Source: Octopus sinensis
Lineage: Eukaryota
Direction: 5' to 3'
Length of the DNA: 64,000 bases
Assembly (NCBI RefSeq): GCF_006345805.1
Contig: NC_042997.1
Coordinates: 55,304,001 to 55,368,000, forward strand
In this document: positions 1-12,845 of the stretch, piece by piece
Layout of the letters: each line of letters starts with the position of its first letter
Numbering within the stretch: the stretch's first letter is position 1
The notes under the pieces: generated by a model
The model's database searches: none
Told to the model about the DNA's origin: nothing
The model's input: the letters and a program-made list of their open reading frames with translations, nothing else
Made by a program: the position numbers and the translations under genes

Positions 1-510
1 TTATAGTGACACACAACCCATGTCACCAGAATATTTTCAACTTGCCAAAGCAAACCTACCATTACTCAATTAAAACATATAATCACAGATCGAGCTATGG
101 TCCTTAGTAAAAGACTTGAAAAAACTATTAGCAAAGGCAAAGACTAATCATTCACGGTATCTAAATGCAATGATAGCCGATGTGGCACATGCCAATTCAT
201 ATATACTGGCCAAGGTATGAGCGCAAAAACCGGAAAAATATTTACAAACGCAAATATGAACTGCAAAAGCAGAAATTTAATTTACTGCATCAAATGCCCG
301 AATTGTGAAGAACTATATGTAGGTCAGACTGGAAATGCACTATCAGAACGTTCACGTGTGCACTGACAGCAAATCAGAGACCCAGATGCCCATCAGATAC
401 TTTTGAGCAATCATCTAGCAACATGTGGTCGGAAAATAATATATAATATTTCCATTCTACGAACTACACAATCCAAGTGAAATTGAGAGAAGAATCAGCG
501 AAAATAACTA
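1..510 (+). mobile_element. Penelope-like retroelement fragment, GIY-YIG endonuclease region (decayed)
   Basis: From 157 reads VSKCNDSRCGTCQFIYTGQGMSAKTGKIFTNANMNCKSRNLIYCIKCPNCEELYVGQTGNALSERSRVH*QQIRDPD: PLE-type CxxxxCxxC, IYCIxC..YVGQT and H motifs. In-frame stop and frameshifts. Confidence 0.9.
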
Positions 511-654
511 ACTTAGAGATACTATTTCTACTTCTACGACCACTACCACGAACAGCAACAATATTAAATGTGTTCATGAAGACAAAAGCAGGAAAATACT
601 AAGTCAAGATAAAAGTCAGTAAAAATAATCATATTTACCAGAGCTAAGCGTACC

Positions 655-757
655 ATTACCACCAACACCACCACTACCCTAACAACAACAACAGCAACAA
701 CAGCAACAACAACAACAACACAACAACAACAAAGGTGATGATAATAATGATGATAAT
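655..757. repeat. (CAA/CAC/CAG)n and GAT-type trinucleotide microsatellite
   Basis: Direct reading. Confidence 0.85.
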
Positions 758-1030
758 TGAAATGTAAAAATCCCTGGGAAATGTTGTTTACAACATTTCT
801 AAAAATAGCTCAACAATTACTGCTTTGGCAAGGGTCAAAATACAGGTCTCTTGACATGTTCAACAAACCGTGACGCATAAACCAAACACCAATCAACTTA
901 AATAAATAATCTAGTAAAACCGCACACTGATTGGTCAGAAAACAGTTTGCAAAAATTAGCATTCTGGAGCCTACACAAAATTTATTTAAGGCACACAGTT
1001 TAGCCATCTCACTGCATGAACCACTACTAC

Positions 1031-1075
1031 ATGAACCTGAAGATTGCATAGTATAAAGCATGAAAGTACGAGTTG
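1031..1075 (+). ncRNA. Degenerate minimal hammerhead-like motif, probable pLTR of the upstream PLE
   Basis: TGAAC-CTGAAGA-TTGC..GCAT-GAAA-GTAC-G-A-GTTGA, same strand and downstream of the GIY-YIG fragment. Confidence 0.5.
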
Positions 1076-1466
1076 AATCAGAATGGACATTTAATATTCA
1101 ATCATTTCATTATATTATATTCTTTTCTACTCGAGGCACTCTCGTGCTATTTCGCTTTCTATATCCATTCAGGATTTCTTCTAGGCATTATCCATCATTC
1201 TCGCGTTTGGCCGAAAGACTATTTATTCGGCTTCGTCTATCGTTTCAATTTACATTTGTTTACTTTCGTACGTCCACGCTGTATTGTTTTGTTTGCTCGA
1301 GCCCCAATTCTCCGCGAATTTTTGAGAAGTTCTCAGTCTTATCGTTTGGTCCATAACTGATGAAAGGTCGGAGTCCTTCTGTGTCTGTCCTGCATGTATA
1401 TTTTGTAGTATTTGATGCATTTTTCATTTATTGAGTAACTGAACACTATGTATCCCGACTTTTGTT

Positions 1467-1472
1467 TTATAT

Positions 1473-1538
<66 letters not shown>

Positions 1539-1552
1539 ATACATACATACAT

Positions 1553-1642
<90 letters not shown>

Positions 1643-1679
1643 ATACATACATACACACACATATATATATATATATATC
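1467..1679. repeat. Compound (AT)n/(GT)n/(ATAC)n microsatellite
   Basis: Direct reading; source of the spurious YIYI/CVCV ORFs. Confidence 0.95.
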
Positions 1680-2899
1680 TTCACAGATTCATCTCGATAA
1701 AACCCCAAACCGGTACTGTTTGAACAACTGTTTTTTGTTACGGTATTTTTTCTACTCCCTTGACATTATTGCTCAGAATTGACTCATTGCAAACATATAT
1801 CCATGTATTTTATTGCTCAGTATTTGTCATATAAAATAAATACCTTCTTAAATGCAAAATATTTTTCAGGTAACTTTTGCAGCAAATTTTGATGAAATAA
1901 AGCATTAACGTGATCGCTCACTTATATGCGATTCATTATCATCTATTTTAGTACTAAATAATTAAACGATTTCTAGTAAAAGATTTAAAAAGCGAGGAAA
2001 AGAGAAATGGACAACATATGTAAATGCAAATAAGTGTAAACATAAAAAGTTCTCACATTTTTTCCTTCGCATTGCAAAATCCGGGGAAAATTAAGTGTTC
2101 AGTTGTAACAATTTATTCGTCATCATTTGTATGGATGTCTCTGTTTCCCAGGTTCCTTTAGTAAAGAACTATGCACCGTCTATATCTGTAGTGTAATGGA
2201 TTCAGTGAAGAATTACTTTTCAAGAAAAATTACACTTTCAAGATGAATTCAAAGTTCTCTGTCTAGTTGTGTTGTCTATAATATGGTCAAATCTGTGTAA
2301 AGTTGTTGGTTAATTTGATAAACGAAGATTTAGAGTAGGTAAAATTGCGAGAATTATTTGTTTTTTGTACTGAAGGCAAAACATGCTAAATACCTATTTC
2401 TTTTTCTAAACTTTGAAAATATATTTTCTACTTGTGGAGGCCCGAGGAAGTGGCCTGAAACCGGCAAGCTTGACGCTGTTAATATGAGATGAGCAGGGAA
2501 AAATTTCAGAGGATCGATGTACTGGTAACAAAGGTCTGGGCATAATGAAGTTGTTGAACGCACCAAGTGTGACGAGAAGTGGAAAGGTAGAGCGAGTGCC
2601 TGGGTAGTAGAGTTACGAAGTCAACCAGAACAAAGAAACAGAAGCCTTTATAATACTGATCGAAAAGACAGAGAGAAAAAGCAGCACGCCTGTAGGTCAG
2701 AGATTGAAACATGTCTATTAGTGATTGAGTCAAGTGACATGATCATTCTCTGGATGTAGTCCATATGTCTGCATGCATAGCAGCAGCGCTATCCCAGAAG
2801 CAGGTTTAGTACTTCATTGTGGGCCAAACTTGTGTCTTGTAGAGAATCAGCAACTTTTGGAGCTGAAGGATTTTATTTTCCGGCTCGTTGGTATCATAT

Positions 2900-3830
2900 T
2901 TAGAATTAAATCCGTTTTCTGACTGTTGCAACAGGAAATTTGCTGCACTTATTTATTTGGGTTCGCTGATAGAAAAAATTATAAGTGCATTTTATGAGTC
3001 TAAATGTCTTAGCAATAAATGGTTGAAATATTCCTTTTTCGATATCAAATAAGATGTGAATTTCATACTGGGCTAAGATGTTTAAGCTTATGAAATACGC
3101 CAACAGTCCCTTATCAGCGAAAACAAATACAGAAATGTACTCATCACCTGCTGTAAACTTCTGTTTGCATCAGCAGGGAGATAGAATTAATCCTGAATAA
3201 GCACCAAAAATAAGAAAGAAGTAGAAAAATAATGTGCAATTTATTTTCCCCAAAGCCTCACTTTTATGCTTCTCACTTATGCTACAAATGACAGTTGTGC
3301 ATTTTAAATGTTTTCAATATGATCTCTTAGGAGAAATAATGGTGATCATTTATGCAATCCTGATTCATTTTACCAAACCCCACTGGCCTGCGAAACTTAG
3401 AATGATATTCCTCTCGGTAGTTGTGTAAAATGCTTTGGAGACTAATCTGTTAAAACATTTATCTATTGATCTATTCAATTGTAATTTGGAATGTTCTTTA
3501 TGAAATATTTCTACGCTCTGCTAATAAACTGCATCATTGACTCTTAAAAAGTGAAATTATATTCTGTCCGAAAACTGCATTGCAGTGTCTATTAATGAAA
3601 TTCTGTTTAATATCCCAGAACTGGAGAAAATTCCCAAGTGCTAAGCTTTCTATTTCATACATTCTCTATAGATATATACTCAGTAGTATTTAGTAATTTG
3701 ATGTATCTTTTAATAACTGACTGCTCAACACTGTATCACACTCAGCTAATCAGAATGTTTGCCACAAAAGTATCCTGTATTTGTAACTGATGTTTGAAGT
3801 AGAGACAATACTGTCGAAACTAGTAGAAAA
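2900..3830 (+). mobile_element. Possible very decayed PLE 3' region ending in a hammerhead-like pLTR motif
   Basis: Weak VVHFKCFQYDLLGE resemblance to the GIY strand; terminal GACA-ATAC-TGTC-GAAA-CTAG-TA at about 3803-3825. Confidence 0.3.
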
Positions 3831-4042
3831 ACTGGGGATGTGTTGCATTTTCATTCCTGGAGTTTTTGTAAAAATTTAGAAAATTCTAAAGGAATCTGAG
3901 AAAGTAGAATTAGGGTGGGTGAAACGCAGCAGACAATTTTGTATTCGCTCTATTATTCATATCACACAGTGTTCAACTTATGTGATTATCTCCAGAACTA
4001 ACGTTTTATATTTCAGCCATCAAATATATTTTTCATATATAT

Positions 4043-4074
<32 letters not shown>

Positions 4075-4262
4075 CTAGCAGAAATACCAGGCGTTGCTCG
4101 GGTTAAAGAGAATAATGAAATTTAAAAACGCCGTCTAGATTACACAGGTCTCAACTGCTAGTAGCTAAGATACTAACTTCCTACATTAATAACTCTCCCA
4201 CCTATGCCAGCATGGAATATAGACGTTAAGTGAAATGTTAAAAGAAAGTTTTCAACTCATAT

Positions 4263-4327
<65 letters not shown>

Positions 4328-5808
4328 AAGTAAATGTAACTCAAAAACACGTTTTGTGTAACTTATTTCGTAACAAAAAAACAGGTACAGATTATAAACA
4401 ATGAAAGGCCGATTTTGGCGATTCATTGTTGACAGAGGTAGTAGAGAGCCAATCCGCTGATAAATCTGACATTGGATCTTGAAAGTATGCATGAATTCTC
4501 TCTGAGTTACATCTCTTGTGGCTCCAAATGATATCTGTAGTGCAGCGTTGTATTGTCTAATTTTGTTTTGGAAGTGCTTGAAATCTTGGCCAGTTGATGA
4601 CAAAAGTTTCTTCAACGGCTCTGGAGGTAGGGAGAATGCAGGGAGATTAACCTTTCAACCACTGTAGCACAGTACAGGTGTGTCTCCAGGTCACTTCATT
4701 CCTTTACAATCTATGCACTCAGTTATTGCACCAATGGAAACTCTAGTGTCGTCTGCATAATGAACTGATGGCTCATAATTGAAAGCTGATTCATAGAAGT
4801 TGCTTCTCTGAGCTGTTGCAACTGCCCTTCGTTCTGCAGTGGAGATCCTATTGCTTGTCAGCCGTGAATACCTCTGTTCCTTACTCTGAGATGCTTTGGC
4901 TTTTGTAGTGCACAATCTGTTCGTTTCTTGGTAAGCTTCCCTTTTTGTAGCTGTCTCTCATTCCCTGAACAGATACATTCTTTTGGCTGACCTTAACATT
5001 GTTGACAAATTTGACACTTTCCTTCTAGGTATGGTTATATACGTATACAGAAATACACGGTGCAGAAGAGAGTAAACAATGAAAATAACTGGGTAACGTA
5101 AATTATATTTTTTAATTCGACGGGCAAAAAGCAAAGAAGAAATTTTTACGGAAAATATAGGATTGTACGGGTTGAATCAAAATTTGTCAGTGAACCAAAG
5201 AGCCAGTATCGAAGAACCAGAAAAAGCTGTTAACAACAGAAAAACACAAAACCGTTGCAAAAGTAAATAAGAAATTTTTGGGAAATTAACTAAGTGTACG
5301 GATTGTAGCAAAATTTTTGAAGTTACTTCTGACAGTAAATTATGAACTTACTTTTATCAGTAATTCCGCAAAAAAAAAAGAAAAAACACAAAAACGTTGC
5401 AAAAGTAAATAAGAAATTTGTAAGCAAATTTAACGAAGTGTATGGTTTGAAGGGACATTTATGAAGTTACTTCTGTCAGTAAATTCTGTATGAAATTACT
5501 TTCATCAGTAATTGTGAAGTTTCTGTCAGTAATTTGTCGTTGTTGTTTGTGAATACCGATTGAAGACTTAAAGTGAAAACAATAGAGAGCGAGTGAGATA
5601 TAGAGAGAAATGGAGAGAGAGAGAGAGAGAGGGAGAGAGAGAGAGAGAGCTAGCTATTTAGACAAATAAGAGAGGTATAGATAGAAAAGATATAGACAGA
5701 TAGAGATGATAGACAGACATAGATAGCCTTTATGTATTTACGTTTAGTCCGATTAATTCTCTTATCAAAAAACAAATAATCACAGTTTAATGCAATGCTC
5801 TTTATAGA
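4075..5808 (-). mobile_element. Internally deleted Helitron with Rep-region remnants
   Basis: Minus strand ends CCCGAGCAACGCCTGG hairpin, 8 nt, CTAG|T at 4075. Remnants FKHFQNKIRQYNAALQISFGA..FMHTFKIQCQIYQRIGSLLP (about 4420-4615) and SAFNYEPSVHY..VSIGAITECIDCKGMK (4691-4915) match the Helitron N-terminal region. Putative A|TC 5' end at 5808 is less certain. Confidence 0.8.
5240..5513. repeat. Diverged tandem duplication of about 140 bp inside the Helitron 5' region
   Basis: AAAACACAAAAnCGTTGCAAAAGTAAATAAGAAATTT..GAAGTTACTTCTGnCAGTAAATT occurs at about 5240 and about 5383. Confidence 0.8.
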
Positions 5809-5834
5809 TTCGAATGATAACCTTAGAGATATTT

Positions 5835-6053
5835 AATAATAGTTTCAAATTTTCGTACAAGGCCAGCAATTTCGAGAGAGGGGTTAAGTCGATTACATTG
5901 AGCCCAGTGTTCAACTGTTACCTATTTTATCGACCCCAAGAGGATGATAGGCAAAGTCGACTCCAGTGTAATTTGGTCTCAGAACATAAAGACGGACGAA
6001 ATGTTGCGCAGCATTTTGCCCGGCGTGCTAACGACTCTGCCAGCGCGACGCTT
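5835..6053 (-). mobile_element. tRNA-derived SINE, diverged copy
   Basis: Alignable to the copy at 20485-20717 (head GGCGGCGAGCTGGCAGA, body GCCTTTCATCCTTTCGGGGTCGATAAA). Confidence 0.8.
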
Positions 6054-6278
6054 AAGAGACACATTTTATTTACACAGTCCTGAGCAAAGTAATTTCACAC
6101 GAAGAATATTTAACAAAAATGAAGTAATATAAACTACGAAGCTAAAGCATTTATGCAGATATGAAAATCATATTTACATTGATATAAATAAAACTTTTTG
6201 TAGTAATCTTGTGTATATATTAATGTAATTTTTATTGTTATGGTTGAATTATTTAAAAATCATTTCTGTAACCAATTT

Positions 6279-6279
6279 A

Positions 6280-6367
<88 letters not shown>

Positions 6368-6431
6368 TATATACATATATGTGTGTGTGTGTGTGTGTGT
6401 GTGTTGTGTGTGTGTGTGTGTACGTGTGTGT
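6279..6431. repeat. (AT)n-(GT)n microsatellite
   Basis: Direct reading. Confidence 0.95.
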
Positions 6432-6526
6432 ACAGAGTTGCCAGGCTGGTTTCCACGAAGAAAATCAGAATTATGTGTAAATCATATAGCTGTGTCTGTG
6501 TGTGCGTGCGCACGCGTTTGTATATG

Positions 6527-7005
6527 AGATAAATTGACTCGGTGAAACAGATGAGCTACTGGGAGAGGCTACAAGAATTGAAGCTCTAATCCCTGGAGAG
6601 AAAGCAACAAAGGTATATAGTAGAGATATACATATGGAAGACCCTGGACTTAAAAGCTATATCAACCATCGAACTGGACGGCACTGTATAATACCAAAGA
6701 TACCGTCTTCTTCATCTCGGATAAGGACCCAATATTGCAACTACTTGCGTTTCAGGGGACCACAACTGCTTAACTTCTTGCCAAGGAACCTACAAGATCT
6801 GCAAGGTGTAGATGTGAAAACGGTCAAACAATACTTGGATAAATTTCTATCTACAATCCCAGATGAGTCCACATTGCGACAGGAGGCATAAAGAAAGGCA
6901 GCTTCGTCCAACTCGTTTCTTTACCAAAAACGGTACCGAAAGGAGACCCTATAACACTGAAAGGGAGTGCTCCAGCATGACCCCAGCCTCTGACTGAAGC
7001 CAGTG
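6527..7005 (+). mobile_element. CR1-group LINE family B, 3' fragment (decayed)
   Basis: SYWERLQELKL*SLER..RY..NHRTGRHCIIPKIP..LRFRGPQLLNFLPRNLQDL..LDKFLSTIPDE; homologous to 53915-54565. Confidence 0.85.
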
Positions 7006-8454
7006 AAGGAAGGAAGAAATTGAAGCTAGGAATATATATACACATACGCACACACATAAGGTTATATATACATACACACATTCACACATATATTCATGTA
7101 CGTATGTATAGCTGCATGTTTGTGTAGATGTAGTTATGCTTTTTTAATTTAACAAAATTCGAAAGTATATATATGTTAATAATTTTTTTTACTGAATAAT
7201 GTATAATTAAATTAATCTTTTCCGTGTTCTCCCCAAGAGCGTTATCGCATTTAAAAATATACGTTATCGCACTTGTCGAAAATTTATAGTAATAAGTGAA
7301 ACGCTTTTTGTTCGTGTCAAACCATCCTGAAAATGTTTCTGCTTATAACTATGTATTTCGTCTCTAAAGCAACGTATTTTACTACTGTCGTTCAGAGCGA
7401 ACTTTGGGGTGAAAACCCATTTTTAGATTCATGAATCTTAATGAATCTTTCAAAGAAAGAAAAGGAACAGCAAATAGGAATTTCAAAATCAGCGTAACAA
7501 CAAGTGGAATTGACAAAATTTTAGATTGTAATATTAATGGAATAACCATCATTAAATGCAAAATCTTTAAAAACTCTTAGTGCAATTTGTAACTATATAT
7601 TTATGTGAAAAACATTTCACTCCATATAATGTCAAAGAAGAAATTTATATATAGACCGAATATAGAAGCTGATTACAAATAACATCCAAAATTCTAAATA
7701 TCATAAAATACTCTGTGACTTGAGGCAAGCTCATTCGAGTCATTAACTATTAATATTTTAGTTATAAATTTGAATTTTTGAAAATTACGAAAGTAAAAAA
7801 ATATTTATATTATACTAACACAATGTTATTTTAATGTGTATTGCAGAATCTCTACAATATTTTTTCAAATAAATTTTAGTTTCCGAAATTTGTTTTCCAA
7901 AGCTAGATGATTCTATGAATGCGAACATTTCCCGAAGCCCTACTCTCTTCTAAAAGCTAAAGTACCTTCTTTATCTGCAACCCAAATAGATGAAATCAAA
8001 TTTATTAGATGCAAGGTAGCTAATAAATAATCTAAGGGATTCCTTTTTACTTTTTTCCTACTATTCTGTAGATTGTTGATTTGCTGAATTGTAAGTGTCA
8101 GAATGTTATTCTCGACAAGTTTTATCGTTTGCACTCCATAATCAGTGCTACATGAAAGCCCAAGAAACCTAATTTTCAAATGATCCAAACCATTTAGCTT
8201 TAAATACGTATCTAAGGACACGAAACACTGGTAGAAGAAAAGATGGTACATAAGTAACGAGTATGCCGTCAACCTACAAAAGAAAAAGAATATACTCCGT
8301 CAAGCTTAATTGTTTTAGATACCCCAAGAAGAGACATACTGGCGGCGAGCAAGTCATGCTGCTGTCACATAGAACAAGAACTGAAACTAAGAGGCTTCCT
8401 CCTATCTTTAAAAAAGCTATATTACTTACATCTCATGATCATTGTATCGCACTA

Positions 8455-8677
8455 TCGAACAGACGGTCGGATGTTATTATACACCACTAGTCATAATGCA
8501 CTTCTTCGCATTGTTGTTGCTTTCAAACGATATCTTCTCATTGGCTAGGCGGGCAGGCAGGCCAAAATACCCCTAGAACAGAACGCCAGTTCATTGCAGA
8601 GTAACCTATTTACAGTTGAGTGGACTGGAGCGACGGGAAATGAAGTGTTTTTCATAGGAACACAACGCACCGCCCAC
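8455..8677 (-). mobile_element. Diverged SINE with CORE-like body and the tail type seen at 31540-31650
   Basis: Minus strand body AAAAACACTTCATTTCCCGTCGCTCCAGTCCACTCAACTG; tail alignable to 31545-31650. The CORE label is from memory. Confidence 0.6.
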
Positions 8678-9230
8678 AATATATTTATATAACAGTATAA
8701 AATTGATTTTTAAAAGGCACAGTCGTATTAAAGAAATTTCTATATCAAAGAATTGATTTGTAATAGCCGGAATAGAAATGAATCCGAAGTGAGGAGGTAA
8801 ACATGGAAAAATTTGTCTACTAATATTCATAAACTATAGAATTATTTTTGTCATTTATATAAACTCTGAACTTCAACAATTCTCTGATTGTCGGTCTGTA
8901 TAGATCTCTCCCTCTTTCTCTCTCTCTCTCCCTATAAACTGCTTTATCTTAATTTTTTAACTGTTTGATTATACAGGTGATAAAAATAATGTTGAGTGAA
9001 CGATTTTCAATTAGTTTTCTATCTTTCAGGTATAAGGTTAGCTTTGGTTAGCTTTCGTTTAGTTGGTACCTAACAAATTGAATCTTGAACGATGAAACTG
9101 GGAATTGGATAACATAAAAAAATATTCTACATACTATTCTCTGAGGTCAAGATCGGTGAAACAGAAGAAAAAAACAACACATTACATATTTCTGAATAAA
9201 TAATGCTACCAATGCTCAATAAAAATGATT

Positions 9231-9973
9231 TCAAATTTTTGAGGGAGGGGATTAAGTCGATTCCACCGACCCCACTGTTTTACTGGTACTTAATTTATCG
9301 ACCCCGAAATGATGAAAGGCAAAGTTGATCTCAGTGGAATTCAAACTCAGAACGTACCGACGGGCGAAATACCTATTTCTTTACTACCCACAAGGGGCTA
9401 AACACAGAGAGGACAAACAAGGACAGACAAACGGATTAAGTCGATTATATCGACCCCAGTGCGTAACTGGTACTTATTTAATCGACCCCAAAAGGATGAA
9501 AGGCTAAGTCGACCTCGGCGGAATTTGAACTCAGAACGTAGCGGCAGGCGAAATACCTGCTTCTTTACTACCCACAAGGAGCTAAACACAGTGAGGATAG
9601 ACAAGGACAGACAAACGGATTAAGTCGATTATATCGACCCCAGTGCGTAACTGGTACTTATTTAATCGACTCCGACAGGATGAAAGGTAAAGTCGACCTC
9701 GGCGGAATTTGAACTCAGAACGTAGCGGCAGACGAAATACCTATTTCTTTATTACCCACAAGGAGCTAAACATAGAGGGGACAAACAAGGACAGACATAG
9801 GTATTAAGTCGATTACATCGACCCCAGTGCGTTACTGGAATTAATTTATCGACCCCGAAAGGATGAAAGGTAAAGTCGACCTCGGCGGAATTTGAACTCA
9901 CAACGTAGCGGCAGACGAAATACCGCTAAGCATTTCGTCCAGCGTGCTAACGTTTCTGCCAGCTCGCCGCCTT
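9231..9973 (-). repeat. Tandem array of SINE body units (183-184 bp period) with a single 5' head
   Basis: GAAATACC junctions at 9366, 9550, 9734 and 9917; head only at about 9920-9973. Confidence 0.92.
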
Positions 9974-10463
9974 CCAATGCATAAGCATATTAAGTAAAAA
10001 GTTAACATTAAACAACAAGCGATTTGGTTTGGAAGAATACGTGATTGAATCCACCCCAAAAAATAGAATTAAAGGATTTAGAGGGATACTCAGGTTGATA
10101 TTCTACCGATTCTGATATTATTACATACCATTATATGAATAAGAATCTCAGAATCGGTACAAATATTTTGTTTCATTTCAATATATTTTTTAGACCCTAG
10201 GTGAATAACAAGAAAGGTCATTCCAGACAGTGTTTGAATTTACATTACATAAAAACTTTCAAGGTAATATATTTCGGTTCCCTACTATTTCCAGCATTCA
10301 CCACCACTGAAATAAAGGTTTTTGACATGGAATTATTATTGATTGGTGAACATATTTTATCTACAAAGTCAATACTGGTGGACTTTGCCCATAGAGTAAA
10401 GTTACGTATCTAAATACTGCAAAGTACTTTCAGTGCCTTTTTTTTTAGAGTATTGGTTTAGAT

Positions 10464-10716
10464 TAGTGGTTCTTCTTAACCGGGGTACACAGGGTCCTTA
10501 GAAGGGGGCTGCATATAAGATTTTGTTGTTAAAAATTATGTGCAGTAAACTGGTTATATTTCTACAGTACACAAAATATTTTAACAAAATATCCATAAAA
10601 TTCATAATATTTTATAAAAATTTGATAGTATTTTTTAAACATCGAATTGCCATGGGCAAATACTAAAATAGGAATCAAAGGGCTTCATAGACAAAAAAAT
10701 TGGTTGAGAAGCACTG
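10464..10716. mobile_element. hAT-type MITE
   Basis: Ends TAGTGGTTCTTCTTAACC and GGTTGAGAAGCACTG; flanks GTTTAGAT and GTCTAAAT (6/8 match, central TA). Confidence 0.7.
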
Positions 10717-11964
10717 GTCTAAATGAAGGAGCTATGTGGCAATGGGCCTCACAGGCCTTCTAAAACAGGTTGAGATTGACATTGCTGTTGTTTCTCCTCT
10801 ACAACTGTATGTAAAAATAAGATGTAGTGGAATTCTAGAAAGCCGGTGTTCTGAAGTGGAACGACTAGGCGTATTGTTAGTTGCAGGGCCTGCAACATGG
10901 ACAAAATATAGGTGACGAGAAAAGGAGTAACAAGTGAATCAGTTAGATTTTCAAGCTAAACAAAGTCATTTATTCAAAATCAAAATGTCAGGTTACTCCT
11001 GTCAATGTGAGATATGTACTATCACATTAGTGTCCAATACTCTAGGATTGAATTCTCCTTGAAATTACTTCACTTCATGTAAGCCAATCGCTGCATATAT
11101 CACGACCTTTTTTTTTCTCTCTTTTTATAAAGGTATCTTACAGAAATGCGATGTAAAATTTATGCCGCAATAGGAATAGGAAATTAAATGCATATTCAAA
11201 TATAGTGTGGAAAATAGTTCAGACAGGTAATCCTTAGAGAAAGAGAAGAGAGCGAGAACAAAAGAGGAGGAGGGTGAACGAGTGGTAAGGGATAGTGAGG
11301 ATGTGTAAGTTTAGCAATAAAACTCTGATGCAAGATTCCACATTTTGGTTTTTGCTGCGTTGTTTTCTGATCCCATTGCTAAAAGAATGTTGTTATAAAG
11401 AGACGGACATTTAGTAAGTATTAAAACATTTATATGCCTGCAGCCAAGTTACTTGCACATCGAAAAGAGCTTTTCCCTTAAGATATATTGAAATATCTAA
11501 ACTAATTCTCTTACTCAAATGATAATTTCTAATTTTGTTAGCCAATACATACATACATATATATATATATATTTCAGTAGTGAAGTTGCTGAGTGGAGGG
11601 ACGTATACGCTTGAACAACGGAAATTATGAACATATAAAGTGAAATTGCCGATATATCACCACAATCGCTTGCAATAAACTGAGAATATATATTGTTTTA
11701 GAATATTTTACAATAAAATACCCCCACCAATGAAATATTCATAATGATATATTTAAACGATATAGACTACGAAAACTGGTTTTATGATTGAAAATTATAT
11801 ATTGTTCACACAAGATAACATTATGCGATAAAAATAGAAATGCAAGGCATATTTGCGTAAATTTGAGTTGTCTTAAATTTACGCACATATGCTCAACCAT
11901 ATCACTATTTTAAAATATTTGATAATATACAGATACAACTCCGCGCAAAATTCGTGTATGCGCA

Positions 11965-12090
11965 CGAAGGTGTGTAGCGTGTGATCACCGCATTGAGCAT
12001 AACAGGGAAAGATGAGCAGAGAATCTGCATAAAATGTTGCCAAAAGCTTGGTGATACCTGTTCAGAGGCCCACGCAAAGTTTTCGACAAC
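11965..12090 (+). mobile_element. mariner 5' fragment (transposase start) in plus orientation
   Basis: EQRICIKCCQKLGDTCSEAHAK; upstream GAAGG..AGCGTGTGATCA matches the minus-strand copy near 12500-12535. Confidence 0.7.
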
Positions 12091-12703
12091 TTTTGATCGT
12101 TCTCAACACAATCAAGGTGATCTTGTGCAACTGGAATCCGAGTGTATTTTTGGTTAGCTGAAATCAGTTTTGACACAAACTTGGCAGACACGCGTCTCAT
12201 ACCAAAATCTTCAATGATAATGAATTAAACTGAACTGTAATTAATCTGCACATCCTCTGATAACTCACGGATGGTGATTCGACGATTTCCCCTCACAGCT
12301 GCATGCACGTATATGATGTTTTTTCTCAGTTCTGATGCTTGCGAGTCGCCCAGAAAGTTCGTCAATGTCGACATTTTTTTGGCCATCTCGGAAACATTTG
12401 AGCCACTGGTACACTTGTGTGCCCCTCATCAATTCCTCCCTATACACTTCCTGCAACATTGCATAGGTCTCTGGGCAGGTATCACCATAACAAATCTCTT
12501 TATAATTGTCAATGAGATGATCACACGCTGCAAACCTTCCTTCCAAGCACTGCTATAAACAGCGGAAGTAAGCTAGGACGTAAAAACTTAGTTCACATGC
12601 ACAGTGGAGTTCAAGGTCAATCTGTGCCAAGCGGCTTTACTCTACGTGCTTTAGCTTTGTTACTATGGCAACAGTCCAGATACTTATTGATCAGACATCG
12701 TAT
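12090..12703 (-). mobile_element. mariner transposon 5' half (pseudogene)
   Basis: GDTCPETYAMLQEVYREELMRGTQVYQWLKCFRDGQKNVDIDELSGR (HTH) and MRRVSAKFVSKLISANQK; 5' TIR-like TACGATGTCTGATCAATAAGTATC near 12703. Confidence 0.88.
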
Positions 12704-12845
12704 ATATATACATAAACATATGTATGTATATACATATATGTATATATAGATACATCCATACATATATAATAGACACATATTATGTATGTATGTATGTATG
12801 TATGTATGTATGTATGTAGTATGTATGTATGTATGTATATATGTA
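12700..12845. repeat. (ATGT)n microsatellite
   Basis: Direct reading. Confidence 0.9.

Noticed and set aside
1354-1380. CTGATGA-AAGG..CCTT hammerhead-like start
   Set aside because: No GAAA follows stem II; AAACCGGTA at about 1707 is too far away to link.
2354-2870. Purine-rich segment that might be a decayed retroelement ORF
   Set aside because: No diagnostic motif in the frames I translated.
9231-9973. CRISPR-like array
   Set aside because: No unique spacers; units are whole SINE bodies in animal DNA.
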